Assembly (NCBI GenBank): GCA_051047955.1
Contig: JBPGPT010000002.1
Span: 682,001 to 746,000, forward strand
DNA: 64,000 nt
Reading direction: 5' to 3'
Source: Cystobasidiomycetes sp. EMM_F5
Taxonomy: Eukaryota
In this document: piece after piece, positions 25,307-38,177 of the stretch
Layout of the letters: the number at the start of each line of letters is the position of its first letter
Position numbering within the stretch: the first letter of the stretch is position 1
The notes under the pieces: model-generated
What the model was told of the DNA's origin: nothing
Databases searched by the model: none
What the model saw: the letters and a program-made list of their open reading frames with translations, nothing else
Position numbers and translations under genes: made by a program

Positions 25307-25604
25307 GGCTCAGCTCCAACGCATGCGCCGTCACGAATCTGCGACGAGCTCTGGGAACATATCGGGCAGCTCCAGATGAGTGTTGCTGGCTGATTTGGAT
25401 GCTTCAGGCTGCGGTCAGAGTTGTCCGAAGAGAAAGGAGCGCCTGGTCGGTCGTCCAATTGGTACTTTTTAAGCTGAAGCAAAACATTAATCTAACTATT
25501 CCTGCGCCTAGCGTACCGCTATTTCGATATGGAACAGACCTGCAGACTCTCTGGCGGCGTCGCCTGTTTCCCGCAAGCTTTCGCCTCAAAACTGATAAAT
25601 GTAA

Positions 25605-28205
25605 ATGATCCCCAAAGCCGCTTGCCATAAGCAGGCTACGCTGACTTTCGCTGACTTTGGTCGTGATATTCCAGACTCTCAACAATCTGGTTCAAGATTC
25701 CTGCATAGTACATCGCATTTATCCAGACAGCCGGAGGCGTCAACCTCTCGTCAGGCGTCCGCGCCATCCGAACCAGCATCTCCCTCAAGGGTGCAAAGAA
25801 AGGCTATCCAAGCCCTACGTACACTCGCGCGATTGCTACAACCAGCCTCCAATTCTCATCTTTCGACCGTACAGCTCGTCGACAAGATATATCCATCATT
25901 GCTCATCCTGTCAAGCATCGCCGCAGCTGACCTTCCCGGATTTGTGCCAAGCGAATCACTCAAAGCGCCCCTTCAGCTCGTTGTCAGTGAGCTAATGCGG
26001 CTGACTTACGATCTACGGCAAGATTTTAGCGCGGACAGCGATAGAGAATGGGCCCGTGAGGGTCTAGCTTCGGTTAGCAGAAGCTTACCCGATGTAGCTC
26101 TTCAACACCTTCTGCGTCTTTGCGTCTGTCTTTCTCAGATGGTGATGTGCAGTACTGGAGCAGAAAGCCTCGAGATTACGGCTACTCATATTGCCGAGCA
26201 TCTACACTCTAGCAATGCAACAGCGCATAATACGTTGCTCTCCCAGCTTCTTCTACAAGTCATGCCTTCCGATCTTTTCGCTCGCGTCGTCGATAATCTA
26301 AGCGGCTCGTTCTGGAATGACGCTTCGCCAGATGTCTGCGTAGCCGTATGGCGATTTTGCCGCAGCAATAAAGCCCTTGCGGACCGCATCGCGCACAACC
26401 TAACGACGCAGTCTGATACCTTCAATCAAAATCCCTCTTTTCCTCGTATGAGCGATCTGCACTCATACTTATACAACAATGCCATGTCTGGCATGCCGAA
26501 TAGCGGTCATAGATTTCGAATGCTGGGTCCCGCGCCGCAGGACATGCAGGCATTCTGCGCCTACAAGTACCTCCTGTCTCGCATCGTTCTATCTGTGAAA
26601 GACGTAGCGAATGTCGACGTAAAATACGCAGAAACCGCTGCCGATATTATCACGCAGATGAAGCAGTACCGCATGCCGCCAGATCGGCAGGTCATCGCTT
26701 CTGTTCTACATATGCTACAACTGTGCAAAGAGTCACGAATACGCTGTCCACAGCTCATTCATGCACTCGGTCCATTCTGGCAGGAATGGACTCTCATCAG
26801 AGAGCACGATCCTGCTCCAGCTATGGATGACATTATACTCGTCGGCTTTCTTGCGGCCAGTGACAACGTGACTAGCCTGCCACATGGTACACAGCGAACA
26901 GAGGTACCGGCAGATACGACTCCCAGCCCTCCCGTAGACTCCGAAGCGATCACCTGGCCGCAGCAAGCACTTTCGATGGCGATATTGTGCAGCGCCATAC
27001 AGCCCAGTATCTCGCTCAGCAGGAGGGATAGGGTGTCCATCGAAGACCAACGCACTACTCTCCATCCGGAGATGCTTCAAGCCTTGGCATGTGCAGCAGT
27101 CGGCCTCGCTCGACCAGACGTCATTGCCGACTGCATGAATGACGCGCGTATCACACCGACGGCAGCACTACAAGTACTGCAGTACTTGTCCGACATGGTC
27201 ATGGAGCGGCGGTTGCGCAATATGGATATACAGAAAGCAATGATCGCCTTAAGTGCATGGTACATTCGAGAGCGGCAAGGTCGCATAGGCCGGGGCGATC
27301 AACACGCCCTTACAGCTGCGCGATCGGTAATAAAGATGCTCCTGTATCATCTCCGTACCAAAGAGGCTGCTTTGATTATACTCGCCACGCCACATGTTCA
27401 CAGTCTTGGCTTGGAGAACCTATCCTTCTACATGGACATTCTTTGCAAAGACAGACAGCCTCGCTTGGCCATGGAGATATACGATCGCATCCCGCCTGCG
27501 CATCGGCTCGAGATCCATGCGTTGCCGCTGCTCCGCTCCTTCCATGCTCAAACCTCGACGGCTATTTGGAAGCAGGCTATGCAAAGAATGTACCGTACAG
27601 TGACTTCAAGGTCTCTCAATGCTCGTATAAGACACTATATCGCTTATAGTGAAGCGCCCGTCAAATCCGCCTTGGCCGATTATCACCAAGCACAAGTTTT
27701 ACTCCAAATTGTACCCGACAACGATACCAAACTAGCGCTTGCCAAGCTGATGCTGAAACGCGGTCATCGTCGCAGCGCTGACGAGATGATTAGGAAGCTG
27801 TCTAACTCTGGCGAGATACCCCCGCACATAGTAGCAAATGCGAGGTTGACAGCATCGACAAAGCCAGCCCGGTTGCACTTCAAAAAGAGGGGAATGACAC
27901 ATATTTTGAGACGGTTCAATGCTGAGCTAGATCGCGTTGGCAACAACCCAAAAGTAACGACCGATGGTGTCACTGCCAATATACTCGTAAAGAACAGTGT
28001 TTCCTGGCAGGAAATGGACCGAGAGACGATGTGGCAAGCATTGCATGCAGGGTTGGTAGATGCACCGAATCGCAGGTGGCACCGAGAGTTACGAGTCCTC
28101 TTCAAGACAGTCTATCGAGCATTCATGGCCAAGGGTATGCAGGAGGATGGACGCAAGGTGATTAGGATGATGGCAGATATGCGGATCGAGCGACTTGGGA
28201 GGTAA
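25605..28205 (+). CDS. Intronless helical-repeat (PPR-like) protein, probably mitochondrial
   Basis: 866-aa ORF; presequence-like RFLHSTSHLSR; PPR-like segments (AADIITQMKQYRMPPDRQVIASVL; TDGVTANILVK; LFKTVYRAFMAKGMQEDGRKVIRMM). Confidence 0.55.
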   Translation: MIPKAACHKQATLTFADFGRDIPDSQQSGSRFLHSTSHLSRQPEASTSRQASAPSEPASPSRVQRKAIQALRTLARLLQPASNSHLSTVQLVDKIYPSLLILSSIAAADLPGFVPSESLKAPLQLVVSELMRLTYDLRQDFSADSDREWAREGLASVSRSLPDVALQHLLRLCVCLSQMVMCSTGAESLEITATHIAEHLHSSNATAHNTLLSQLLLQVMPSDLFARVVDNLSGSFWNDASPDVCVAVWRFCRSNKALADRIAHNLTTQSDTFNQNPSFPRMSDLHSYLYNNAMSGMPNSGHRFRMLGPAPQDMQAFCAYKYLLSRIVLSVKDVANVDVKYAETAADIITQMKQYRMPPDRQVIASVLHMLQLCKESRIRCPQLIHALGPFWQEWTLIREHDPAPAMDDIILVGFLAASDNVTSLPHGTQRTEVPADTTPSPPVDSEAITWPQQALSMAILCSAIQPSISLSRRDRVSIEDQRTTLHPEMLQALACAAVGLARPDVIADCMNDARITPTAALQVLQYLSDMVMERRLRNMDIQKAMIALSAWYIRERQGRIGRGDQHALTAARSVIKMLLYHLRTKEAALIILATPHVHSLGLENLSFYMDILCKDRQPRLAMEIYDRIPPAHRLEIHALPLLRSFHAQTSTAIWKQAMQRMYRTVTSRSLNARIRHYIAYSEAPVKSALADYHQAQVLLQIVPDNDTKLALAKLMLKRGHRRSADEMIRKLSNSGEIPPHIVANARLTASTKPARLHFKKRGMTHILRRFNAELDRVGNNPKVTTDGVTANILVKNSVSWQEMDRETMWQALHAGLVDAPNRRWHRELRVLFKTVYRAFMAKGMQEDGRKVIRMMADMRIERLGR

Positions 28206-28264
28206 AGCAGAAAGTTGCATACAACAAAGTCGCAGAGGCAGAGCAGACATCTTGGCTAAACGCG

Positions 28265-31200
28265 TTAGGACGATTTCGTGCGCTTGTAAGCGACAGAGGG
28301 AAGCTGTTGTCCCACACGTTTAGTTCCCGGTGCCCATCCAGAAACTGGCAATGGCGCCGCATAATCATTTTCTTCCTCTTTGGCTAAAGTCTTGAGGAAG
28401 GCAAAGCTTTCATCGTGCCCAGCTCCGGGCAGCGAGTATGCACGCCCATTGAGTGACGTCGGAGCTGCTGGTCGAACGAAGATTGCCTGGGGCTGCTGTG
28501 ACAAGCGCGTCTCGATGGCAGCCACACGCTTGACGGACCCGTCTGACTGTGGTGCGCGTGAAGGTGCTTTGAACGGCTTGTACAGATTATTACCCGAAGC
28601 TGAACGAGCGGCTGCATTATTGCTAGAAGTGCTGAAGGCTGATGAAACAGATTGGAATGACGCCAAGGGTCCGTGTGCAGGTTGAGGACCAGCGCGAGAT
28701 GCAGTCAAGGCAGAAGTGAAGCCAGCTGCTTGCGTTGTTGCGAAAGCGTTTGCATACTGATTCTGGCCCCGATTCGGCAGCTGAGCTGCGTAACGCTGAG
28801 CATTGTCGCCTGCGTAGGCGTTGATACGCCAAGCGGCGCCTCCGGAACCAAAGCTCGGCTTGCTGTAAGCTCCAGTCAGGTATTTCTCACGCGGAAAAGC
28901 GTTGTCAGGCTCGGAATAGACAGGCAATGGTGTAGACGAATGACTACCAATCTGGCCGTCAGCCAAAAATCCAGAGACTGGTCACATTGACTTACAAAGC
29001 GTCGACTATGGCCTGCGTATCGACGTCGCTCACGACAGACCTGCTTGTCACAATCGCAATGGATGTCCGGACAGCAGGCGTAAACGTAACGGGCTCTTTG
29101 GCGAAAGCGACGCTCTTTGATTTGACAATTGGCTGAAGAAACTCTGTAACATTCTTGTCTTCGGTTTGTCCTGGGATAGACAGGATTGTGAGCGCTGGAA
29201 CTCACGCAGACTCCCTGCACTGACCTCGCTCCATGCGACGATCAGCATGGGTAAGATGCAACAATGCCTGTGCTCGCGTCATAGCAACGTACAAAAGACG
29301 TCTAGATAAGGTTGAGCATCAGCAATGCGCCATCGAGGGCTGTCGGCTAATGATCACCTTTCTTCGTCAACCTCAACTGGGTCAGATTTTCGGAACGCAG
29401 GATATACACCAGTCTCCGCTAGCAACAAAATAGACATCAGCGCCGGCAGATCAACATCTAGGTTTTTGCAAGGTCTTACCCGCGGGCACAAACACTACAG
29501 GCCATTCCAGGCCTTTCGCAGCGTGGCATGTGGATATCGTTACCTTGTGCGTAGAGTTGTCGTCTTTGGCATCTTGGGTTTCAGCGTCAGTGGATAGCAT
29601 AGCCGTAGCCAAAAATGTCCTGAGCGGATTATCCTCGTCTTGCGGTAAGTCGGCATCAGAGTCCAACAACTCAATAATGTCATCGTCGGCTTTGATGTCG
29701 GTGAGGTTTTGCAGAGCGTCGTTACTGCTCGGCGGTTCCACCAGCTCGGACGTGTCAGCTTTGGCAACCTGGTCTGCAAACGACCTAATGCCAGTTGTGA
29801 GCTCAGAGGCTGCCTTTTGCGCAAGGAAGAAAGACAGGCTTACTTCAATTCGTTTATATTCTCCAGCCGAGTAGTGTGCTCGAGTCCGTAAACACGCTCG
29901 AGGTGACCACTGTAGTCTATGCCAGTGACAAGTTCGTCCACCAGGTGGGACACACTAGCTCCAGTAGCAGCAAGTTGTCTGATTTTCAGTATGCTGCGCC
30001 AATCTTGCCTATTAGGAAGCTGCAATCACATCACGCAAGACCGTTCACTCACATTCTGGCAAAGCTCTTCAGATTCGTCTTCTGTTGCGGCTTGATGCTA
30101 CCAATATTGGAGCCTTTGAGTGCTCGACTCACGACTTCGAAACATGAAATTTCCTTCTCTTGCGCCGCCGCGACGATGTTCTTGATAGTTGTATCGCCAA
30201 TGCCTCGCTTCGGTACATTCACGATGCGAATAAACGCAGCTTTATCACGTTATCAGTTTGGCTTCTTGGAAATTGCAGGATGTCAGAGCTTACGCGTGTA
30301 CGAAGGATTTTCGGCAAGTTGAAGATATGACAGGATGTCCTTCACTTCTGCTCGATCAAAGAATTTGTGACCACCAATCATTCGATTCGGGATGTTGGCA
30401 GTCTGCAGAGCCGCTTCGATGGCTCTACTGAGGGCATTGTACCTCAGCAAGATTGCAAAATCCTGATATGTAAGTTGATTGCCAGAGTGCGCTATGGCGC
30501 GCTTAATCTCGTAGGCAATATAAGTTGCTTCATCTTGTGCAGTGCTGAAGCACTTGAGGACGACCGGAGCTCCTGAAGGATGGCTGGTTTTGAGAGATTT
30601 CTGTATGCGGCTCGTATCCTGCTGTACGACTGCCAGCGCAGCTTGCAATATGCTCCCAGTGGAGCGATAGTTCTCCTCCAGGAAGACTTGATGTGTGTCC
30701 TTAAAGTCTGATTATGGGTGGACATGAGAAGTTTGAAGGCGCATAATCGAGCTTGGTTGTACTGACCTTGCAGCATGTGGTCCAGATTCTCGACTTCAGC
30801 ACTTCGCCAGGCGTAAATGGACTGATCTGGATCTCCCACTATGGTAAGCGAGCTTGTCGCACGAGCCATCAGCTTGACTATGTTGTACTGGATCGTGTTT
30901 GTATCTTGGAACTGTTCACAAGATCAGCATGAGGGAATACTTTGATATATTGGTAGATATCGTACCTCATCGACTAAAACATGCTGAATACTCTTGACGG
31001 CTGATGGACTTTTGAGGAGCATTTTCTCGCTAAACCATTGCTCAGCCATGCATGCCGTGTCAGAGATGTCCATCCTGCTCACCAGTATAGAAGAAGATCA
31101 TCAAAGTCGAGCGTGTTTGACGAACGTAGGGCTTCTGCGTATTCACTGTATAAGGTATATTTCATCAGCTCGCATTCGAGTGTGCTGACGACTGTACTCA

Positions 31201-32094
31201 CACATAAATGTCGCCGATGGCGAGCTTCCAGGGACTCTGATTATCCTCCTGCTCGACCTTGGCAAGGTAGGCTTCTGCCGTCATGCCTTTTGCTTTACTC
31301 TTTGATATCATCTCCTGTGCCACTTTGACTTTAATCTCTTCCTGGGAACTGCCTCCTTCTCCCTTGCCTTTCGATTTTAGACCCGCATTGTGTTTGGCAA
31401 CAATCGGTTTTAGTATAGATTGACTGTAATATTTCAGGTCAACATGCGCCTTTCGGGACACTCATCGTGATGGGTAGCTCACCAATCGCTCTGATCTGCA
31501 ATGACAAAGTTATTGGGCAGATCAATTACCCTGCCATACTTTCGGAGGTCTTGAATGTGGCAACCAAGTAAGCTGACCGACGGATGCGTTTCAGCGAGGC
31601 TCCTTACATTTGACTGCGACGGAATGGAATGTGCCCATCACTATCTTGTTAGTGACAGCTTCGCCGAGCAGGGTGTGCAGACGATGCTTCATCTCCTTGG
31701 CGGCCTGCGTACATGTGCGTCAGTACCATGACGCTCTATTAGATCTGCTTCAGTCTTGATTCATAATTCACTTTGTTGGTGAAGGTGACGACAATCAAGT
31801 CTTCTGGCTTGATATGGCAATGATTGACTAGGTGTGCCACTCGACATGTTAGCACGCGGGTTTTCCCTGAGCGGCACAACAACACAAGCCGGTCAGGTCT
31901 ATGCGGGACTGAGTTGCAATGACTTCATACGTACCGCTTCCTGGCCCAGCCAGTATCTGTAGCCCGCCTTTCGCGGACCAGGTTACCGCTTCCCTCTGGG
32001 CATCGTTCAAATTGGCCAGCCACGGTGCTGTTGCCGGACCATCGTCAGCATCCCGAGCCCGGCCTTTGCCCTTGTCGAGGTATGTGCTCGTCAT
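28265..32094 (-). CDS. SRS2: UvrD/REP-family DNA helicase (Srs2-like)
   Basis: LNDAQREAV..LAGPGSG(KT), VVTFTNK, VGDPDQSIYAWR, LEENYRSTG, KFFDRAEVKD, VTISTCHAAKGLEWPVVF, RLLYVAMTRA across more than 10 exons. Confidence 0.88.
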
Positions 32095-33138
32095 CGTGCG
32101 TGCATGTGTATCTTATGTAGCATCAGGTAGAGCAGGCCATTCATGGTCAAGCTGGCAGCAACGCCGACGCGTAAACAGCCGTGGTGGCAAAAATCGTCGC
32201 GATTTAATGTACAAGGTGGATTCTGACATGAAATGGAGCTGGCTAATACGTGTGCAGCCACATAAGACATGCGCGATAATCTCGGTATGAAACTTCCTGC
32301 GCATCGCCCAATCTTTGTGTGATTCTCGGATGGCTAATCATAACGTGTTCTCCATTGCAGCGAAGGCGGTCGAATCGCAGTTCGCGGGCATCCAATACTC
32401 CTGCTTGTGCTTGATACGCAATCTCGTGCCTCTAATGCTCCAAGATGATACGAGCTGGCTATAGTTTACCGCCTCTTTGGGTTGTTGCAGGCTGACAGAT
32501 TGACATTGTCTCGAAGACCGCAGCAATTCGATATGCAGAGAGGTGTGAATCAAGATCTTACCGCGTACTCATGTGATTATAGTTGCGCTGTTGCTGCGGT
32601 GCTGCTGCAATCGTACATATAACATCTTGCTGTCTCAGCTCGAAGGCTCGAGGTAGAAGGCTCGGCTTGTTTGCATGCGAGGATTAGCAGAAGAGGTCAT
32701 TGACAGAATGTAAGCTGGACACAACGATCGGCTTCTTGGAGAGAGTATGAATTGTCACGTATACGTTTTTGTAAGACGAGGTCAGTGGCCCGGCATTCCG
32801 TGCAATTGCGCATGCGGAATAGTCAGAAGAGTGAGGGTGAGCTATCTAATCTGATTGCCTGTATAGTCTTGCGCTCGTTTATTGAACAGGTAGTTACCAT
32901 GGTCTCTTCAGACCTCTTGCGGGGCTTTGAGAAATTTCTTCCATGATCACCTGGGAAAAGACTCGGCCGACTCTTAGCTGAGCTGAGCCTGAGCCGCAAA
33001 GCAAAGGCAGCATATCGACACCCCAACGCACCTTCCGGGACTCCTTAAATAGTTCCTTGACACGCTCACTGTGTGACAAAGTGTCTAGGCGGACCCGTTC
33101 GAATACCGTAAAATCAACACCAAAAAACATCCGTCAAA

Positions 33139-34155
33139 ATGGGAAAGACCAGAGATGACAAGAAGGCCTACATGGACAAGCTCTTGCAGCTCATGCAAGA
33201 CTACCCGTCCATCTTTGTCGTCAACGTCGACAATGTGTCGTCCAACCAGCTGCATCAGATCCGTCAGTCGCTGCGCAAGGAAGGAGAGAATGCCAGTGTC
33301 ATCCTGCTCGGAAAGAACACCATGATTCGACGTGCAATCCGTAACGCCATCGCCGACAACCCACAGTACGAGCGATTCCTGCCACACGTCAAGGGCAACG
33401 TCGGTTTCGTCTTCACCAAGGGCGACCTAAAGGCCGTTCGCGAGCTCATTCTGAACAACAAGGTCGCTGCCCCAGCCAGAGCTGGCGCCGTTGCTCCAGA
33501 TGATGTCTACATTCCAGGTGGAAACACTGGTATGGAACCAGGAAAGACCTCCTTCTTCCAGGCTCTCGGTATTCCCACAAAGATTGCCCGTGGTACAATC
33601 GAAATTGTATCGGACGTCAAGATCTTGGCTGCCGGCGCTCGTGTCGGTACTTCCGAAGCTACCCTGCTCAATATGCTCAACATCTCGCCATTGTCAGTAA
33701 TCCCTTTTCTCAATCCACTTTTGACGGTTTTGCTAATCCAACCCAAATGCTATAGCACCTATGGTATGACCGTTGTTCAAATCTACGACCAGGGCAACGT
33801 CTTCGCCCCGGATGTACTCGACATTGACGAAAAGGTACTCATTGACCGATTCATGAGCGGAATCACCACCATTGCTTCCATCTCGCTGGCCCTCAACTAC
33901 CCGACCATCGTCTCCGTCATGCACTCGCTCGTCAACTCGTACAAGAACCTGCTCGCAGTTTCTATTGCGACAGACTACACCTTCGATGCTGCCGAAAAGG
34001 TCAAGGCTTACCTCGAGAACCCAGAGGCTTTCGCTGCTGCCGCCCCGGCCGCTTCCGAAGCCGCACCAGCTGCTGAAGCCGCGCCAGCTGCAAAGGCAGT
34101 CGAAGAAGAGAAGGAGGAATCAGACGACGACATGGGCTTCGGTTTGTTCGACTAA
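33139..34155 (+). CDS. RPP0: 60S acidic ribosomal protein P0 (uL10)
   Basis: [26 protein letters not shown]-terminal [13 protein letters not shown]; in-frame intron of about 63 nt near 33693-33756. Confidence 0.98.
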   Translation: MGKTRDDKKAYMDKLLQLMQDYPSIFVVNVDNVSSNQLHQIRQSLRKEGENASVILLGKNTMIRRAIRNAIADNPQYERFLPHVKGNVGFVFTKGDLKAVRELILNNKVAAPARAGAVAPDDVYIPGGNTGMEPGKTSFFQALGIPTKIARGTIEIVSDVKILAAGARVGTSEATLLNMLNISPLSVIPFLNPLLTVLLIQPKCYSTYGMTVVQIYDQGNVFAPDVLDIDEKVLIDRFMSGITTIASISLALNYPTIVSVMHSLVNSYKNLLAVSIATDYTFDAAEKVKAYLENPEAFAAAAPAASEAAPAAEAAPAAKAVEEEKEESDDDMGFGLFD

Positions 34156-34676
34156 GCATGTTTTCGTTGTTTGACGAACCGCCTGGTCAAATCTGGAAAT
34201 CCCGTTTAACCGCTTTCGACCTTGATTTATTTCTGTTTACAACACCTTTTAAGTGTATGCAGACCATTCCCGTGCCGATTCTGATGCTCGTCGTTCAGCT
34301 GAAGTTCCACCAGAAAACAAACGTCCGTCTAGAACGTTTGCCACCCTGTACACGGCAATCTTCCCCATTCGCGTACTCCGCCGTGACGTAAACGTTGCAC
34401 ACCCGCATGCGCGACTTTGATGCTGATGCGATATGGAGGACCTGAAATAGTCGCTTGCCGAACGATGCGTCGGACAGACTTTATGTCTGACAAGATTCGC
34501 ATGCCCTCGCTGACTGGCTGTCCGAGGCCGACCGGATTTACGCTGGACGCATCGGCTGATTACTGCAGTCCTCCAATGCTGAAGTTGCCTTTGCTTTGCT
34601 CTTGTTTGTCGCATCCGGTTACGCGACACCCATTTCCGCACAAGCTCCAGTCTTACAAAAGGCATCTTATCCAAAA

Positions 34677-35430
34677 ATGGTCACCTTCTACATTCGTGCT
34701 ATACTCAGCATATTCTTGTCCATGGCACTCGCCTTACTGGCTGTGCCTATCCCGCAAGCCAGTATGTCGTATCTAGCGTTGGCGAACAACCTTTGAAATG
34801 CATTTCTCCTACTGACGCACGTACATCACGCACCATCCTTAGCCATTACAGCCTACTTCGCCCCGCCCGGTCTGCCTAGCGAATCATACGCCGTAGTCAC
34901 GACTTTGCCATCAAGCGAGGTGCTCTTGTACGGTCAGCGCACTGCAGCGGGAGGATCGACCTTCTATGGTCAGTCCATCGTGCTCTTGTACACCACATAC
35001 ATCGAATGCGCTGGATAAGCTGAATATGAATCTCCTCCAGACATCGTCGATGCTAATCCTACTGAAATTGCCGTCATTGAGGTGGACGGATCGGGTAAAT
35101 TCGTGCAAGCTGTTGACTGCGTCAAGATTCGGAGCAATTCGATAGCATGTGGAGGGGTATGTAACTTTCCTGCTATAATGCCAGTAACAAAGTGCTAAGC
35201 ACAATCGCTTCCAGTTTGTCAACGACCTCTCGACCACACAGGTGTATGAACACACGGGAACATTTTTCTCTACCATCCTCACAGCCGCAGGAACCTCCGC
35301 AGTACCTACCACTCTGCCCACCTCGTTCCAGGCAGCCTTGTCTAGCGGCCTGAGTGAACTGTTGTCAATCGCGGACACCGTTACCGCTTTTGCAACTGTC
35401 ACGGCTCTGCCAGGCTGGGCATCGCGCTGA
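34677..35430 (+). CDS. Small secreted protein, unknown family, paralog 1 (4 exons)
   Basis: Signal peptide MVTFYIRAILSIFLSMALALLAVPIPQA; spliced TITAYFAPPGLP..DIVDANPTEIAVIEVDGSGKFVQAVDC..IACGG..TVTALPGWASR*. Confidence 0.8.
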
Positions 35431-35908
35431 AGCGAGAGTCGGGTAATGGTTCTGTGGGGCCTTGCTGAATGGACAAGCATAGTGGTCGAAACATTAATAA
35501 GCAGATTCGAATGTCGTATACTGCGAATGCTGCTCTTCTTGATCGGAAAGAAACGAAAGTGGGTGTAATTAGAATGATCTAGCCATTGAAAGAACAATGT
35601 TTGTGAATGGGTTGCGGCCTTTGTTTTCGCACTGATGTCGTTGTTCCGAAGATACATACTTTGCCACCCTCGGTCACGCGTAAAGCCGTATGCTATGCTC
35701 GGTCTGGAAGCAACAGCTATATTAGCCTAAGCTCGGAACACGCTGAATATGCGGGCTCACTCTTATTGCTACTTGTCACGGAACACCTGAGGCTCGCTCG
35801 TTCCTTGCCTATCCGTGTTGGCAAAGCTTCTTGCAGGCTGTGTCACGGTGCTCCTCCTCAGGCTCGCAGCTTTCTCCTATATCCTCTACCACACGGACTG
35901 ATATCAGG

Positions 35909-36638
35909 ATGCTCTGCTGGCCCGCACAAGCCGTCGTGGCTGCAGCTTTGTTGCCCTTCGCTTTCACCTCAGCTGCACCCGTAGCGCAAGCAAGTCAGTA
36001 CAGCAACCCTTACGGCACACCATGCCTGACTTTACCTCATCTACCAGCGATAACTGCTTTCGTTGCGCCGCCTGGAGTTCCACATGCGACCTATTCAGTG
36101 GTCGCCTCCCTGTCAAGCGAAGTCGTGCTATCGGGTCAACGGACGCTTTCAGGCGGGTCAACCGTTTACGGTAAGTTGCGAAGCATACGAATCCAAGCAC
36201 CGAATCACCGCACTTTTCTTATTCTGTTCTGTTAGATATCATCGAAGCCGACCCTACCGAGGTCATAGCCATCGAGTACGATGGCACTGGAAAGTTTGTT
36301 CAGGTCGTCGACTGCACGAGAGAGGGAGCCAATGAAACGATTGTCGAATGTGGTGCAGTGAGTGCTCCCCATCATGTCCGTTAAATTCCTGCCACAAGCT
36401 AATCTGGCTCTCAATTGCCCAGGTCGTAAATGGCCCGACTACAACACAACTGTACTACTTTAACGGAACAGGCTCTTCGTACAATATCACAGCAACGGCG
36501 CCTTCGTCCATCCCTACCTCGTTGCCCAGCTCGTTCGAATCCTCCATTTATAGCGGTTTAGACAATGTCGTCTCTATCGCTACGGCAGTGTCCAATTATA
36601 TCACTGTAACAGCTCTGCCTAGCTGGGCTAGTCGATGA
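35909..36638 (+). CDS. Small secreted protein, unknown family, paralog 2 (4 exons)
   Basis: Signal peptide MLCWPAQAVVAAALLPFAFTSAAPVAQA; spliced TITAFVAPPGVP..DIIEADPTEVIAIEYDGTGKFVQVVDC..VECGA..TVTALPSWASR*. Confidence 0.8.
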
Positions 36639-37213
36639 TAGACCCGAGTGGCCGGACGTCTGTAAGACGTAAATGATTCAATGCTGCGTGCCGGTTCCTT
36701 CGTCTTTACATAATGTCCATCATAGTTCAATATGCTAAGAGGACGCCTTCCACCCGGGCTTTCGATAGCCGTGTGCCGTGGCATTCTGAGAGTAAGAAAG
36801 CAGTCACGAGAACCACTCTAGCCTCACGCCGCGGTCGTGAACATCGGTAGAGACGCATACTGTAGTCGATCGGCCGTGCCTGGAGAAGCGGGGCAGTTTT
36901 AACACAATCTCAGGAGAGCACCAAGTATGCCGGACCATGGCTTGCATTCCCGCCTTTGGCACTTCAGCAGCCTCATCAACACGTCATCATACTATACTCT
37001 GCGACGAACGTATGATCAGCCTCCTTTAGGCAGGCTCGTCATTCTTCGGTCTCTGCAAATGCCGGTGCTCCACATGCGCGTAGAGGGAATTTGTCTGATA
37101 AATCTGCGGCTTTCTTCTACCCGTCCTTTGTCTTTACCCTCTTCGACTATTTTCTGCCCGACTGGTCGATTCATCTGCTCCGCATCTGATATACTACTAT
37201 ACACGGCGCTACC

Positions 37214-38026
37214 ATGATTGGAAAATTGACTGTTGTGGCACTCGCGGCATTCGCCTTACAAGCAGTAGCTTCACCTCTCCCACAAGCAAGTAAGTAGTAA
37301 AAGGCCTCAAGCGGCTCGGCTGTTCATCTCCGGCAAGCCTTGCTAGCAATAATTACTGACATGCTTCGATAACAGCTGTGACGGCCTTGATTCCGCCGCC
37401 AGGACTACCTACTGGCTCCTATGTTGCAGTAGGAACTGGTTCTGCTGGTGATGTTACCGTCATCGCACAGCGCGTCGCAACTGTCAATGGTTCGGCAACC
37501 ACTGTATACGGTCAGTCGACAGTCCGCAACTATCGGAAAATGGCCCACTGACATAGACTTGCAGACGCTGCGGATCTCGGACCTTCGCAAGTTGCCTTTG
37601 TTGAAGCTGGCGGCGACGGCAAGATTATGCAAGGAGTCGTGTGCCAGGCCTCGAGCAATGGAACTGTCAATTGTCTGGGCGTAAGTTTGCTGTCGAATCT
37701 CACTTTTGCCCTGCTGAGCATCCTGTTATGTTCAGGCCGTAAACGGACAAAATACAACATACGCTTATGTTCTTCGAGCATCTGCATCCCCGACCGTCGT
37801 AACGGCACTCGGCCTCACTGCCTTGCCTACGGCCATCATCACGGCGCTCCCTGCCTTGGCATCCGGTGCAGCAGCCTTCTCTGCAGCAGTTGCATCGGTT
37901 CCTCCAGTATCTACGGTCTCTGTCTTGCCTGGCTTTGTTGGCCAGAACGTCACTATCTCTAACAGTACAATGATGGCCAACAGCACCATATCTGCTTCCG
38001 CTTCCAGGTCGATGACATCTGCCTAA
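37214..38026 (+). CDS. Small secreted protein, unknown family, paralog 3 (4 exons, Ser/Thr tail)
   Basis: Signal peptide MIGKLTVVALAAFALQAVASPLPQA; spliced TVTALIPPPGLP..DAADLGPSQVAFVEAGGDGKIMQGVVC..VNCLG..TVSVLPGF. Confidence 0.78.
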
Positions 38027-38177
38027 TTTACGAGGCCCAGTGTGCAACGTCGATGGAGAATACTATACCATACTGTTGCATGATATACTTACACCGTTGA
38101 GAAAAAGAAGGGAGGCCTCCAAAGGATATAGTAGGAGTAGCCGTGTAGAGAAGCTACATGCGAAAACTAGCGCAATA

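Noticed and set aside
32095..33138. About 1 kb gap between divergent SRS2 and RPP0 as a possible hidden gene or ncRNA
   Set aside because: No consistent spliced ORF, tRNA cloverleaf or snoRNA box set could be built; the gttcgaata near 33097 lacks a tRNA context
34911..35657. 248-aa minus-strand ORF
   Set aside because: Antisense to secreted paralog 1, whose spliced model is supported by two paralogs
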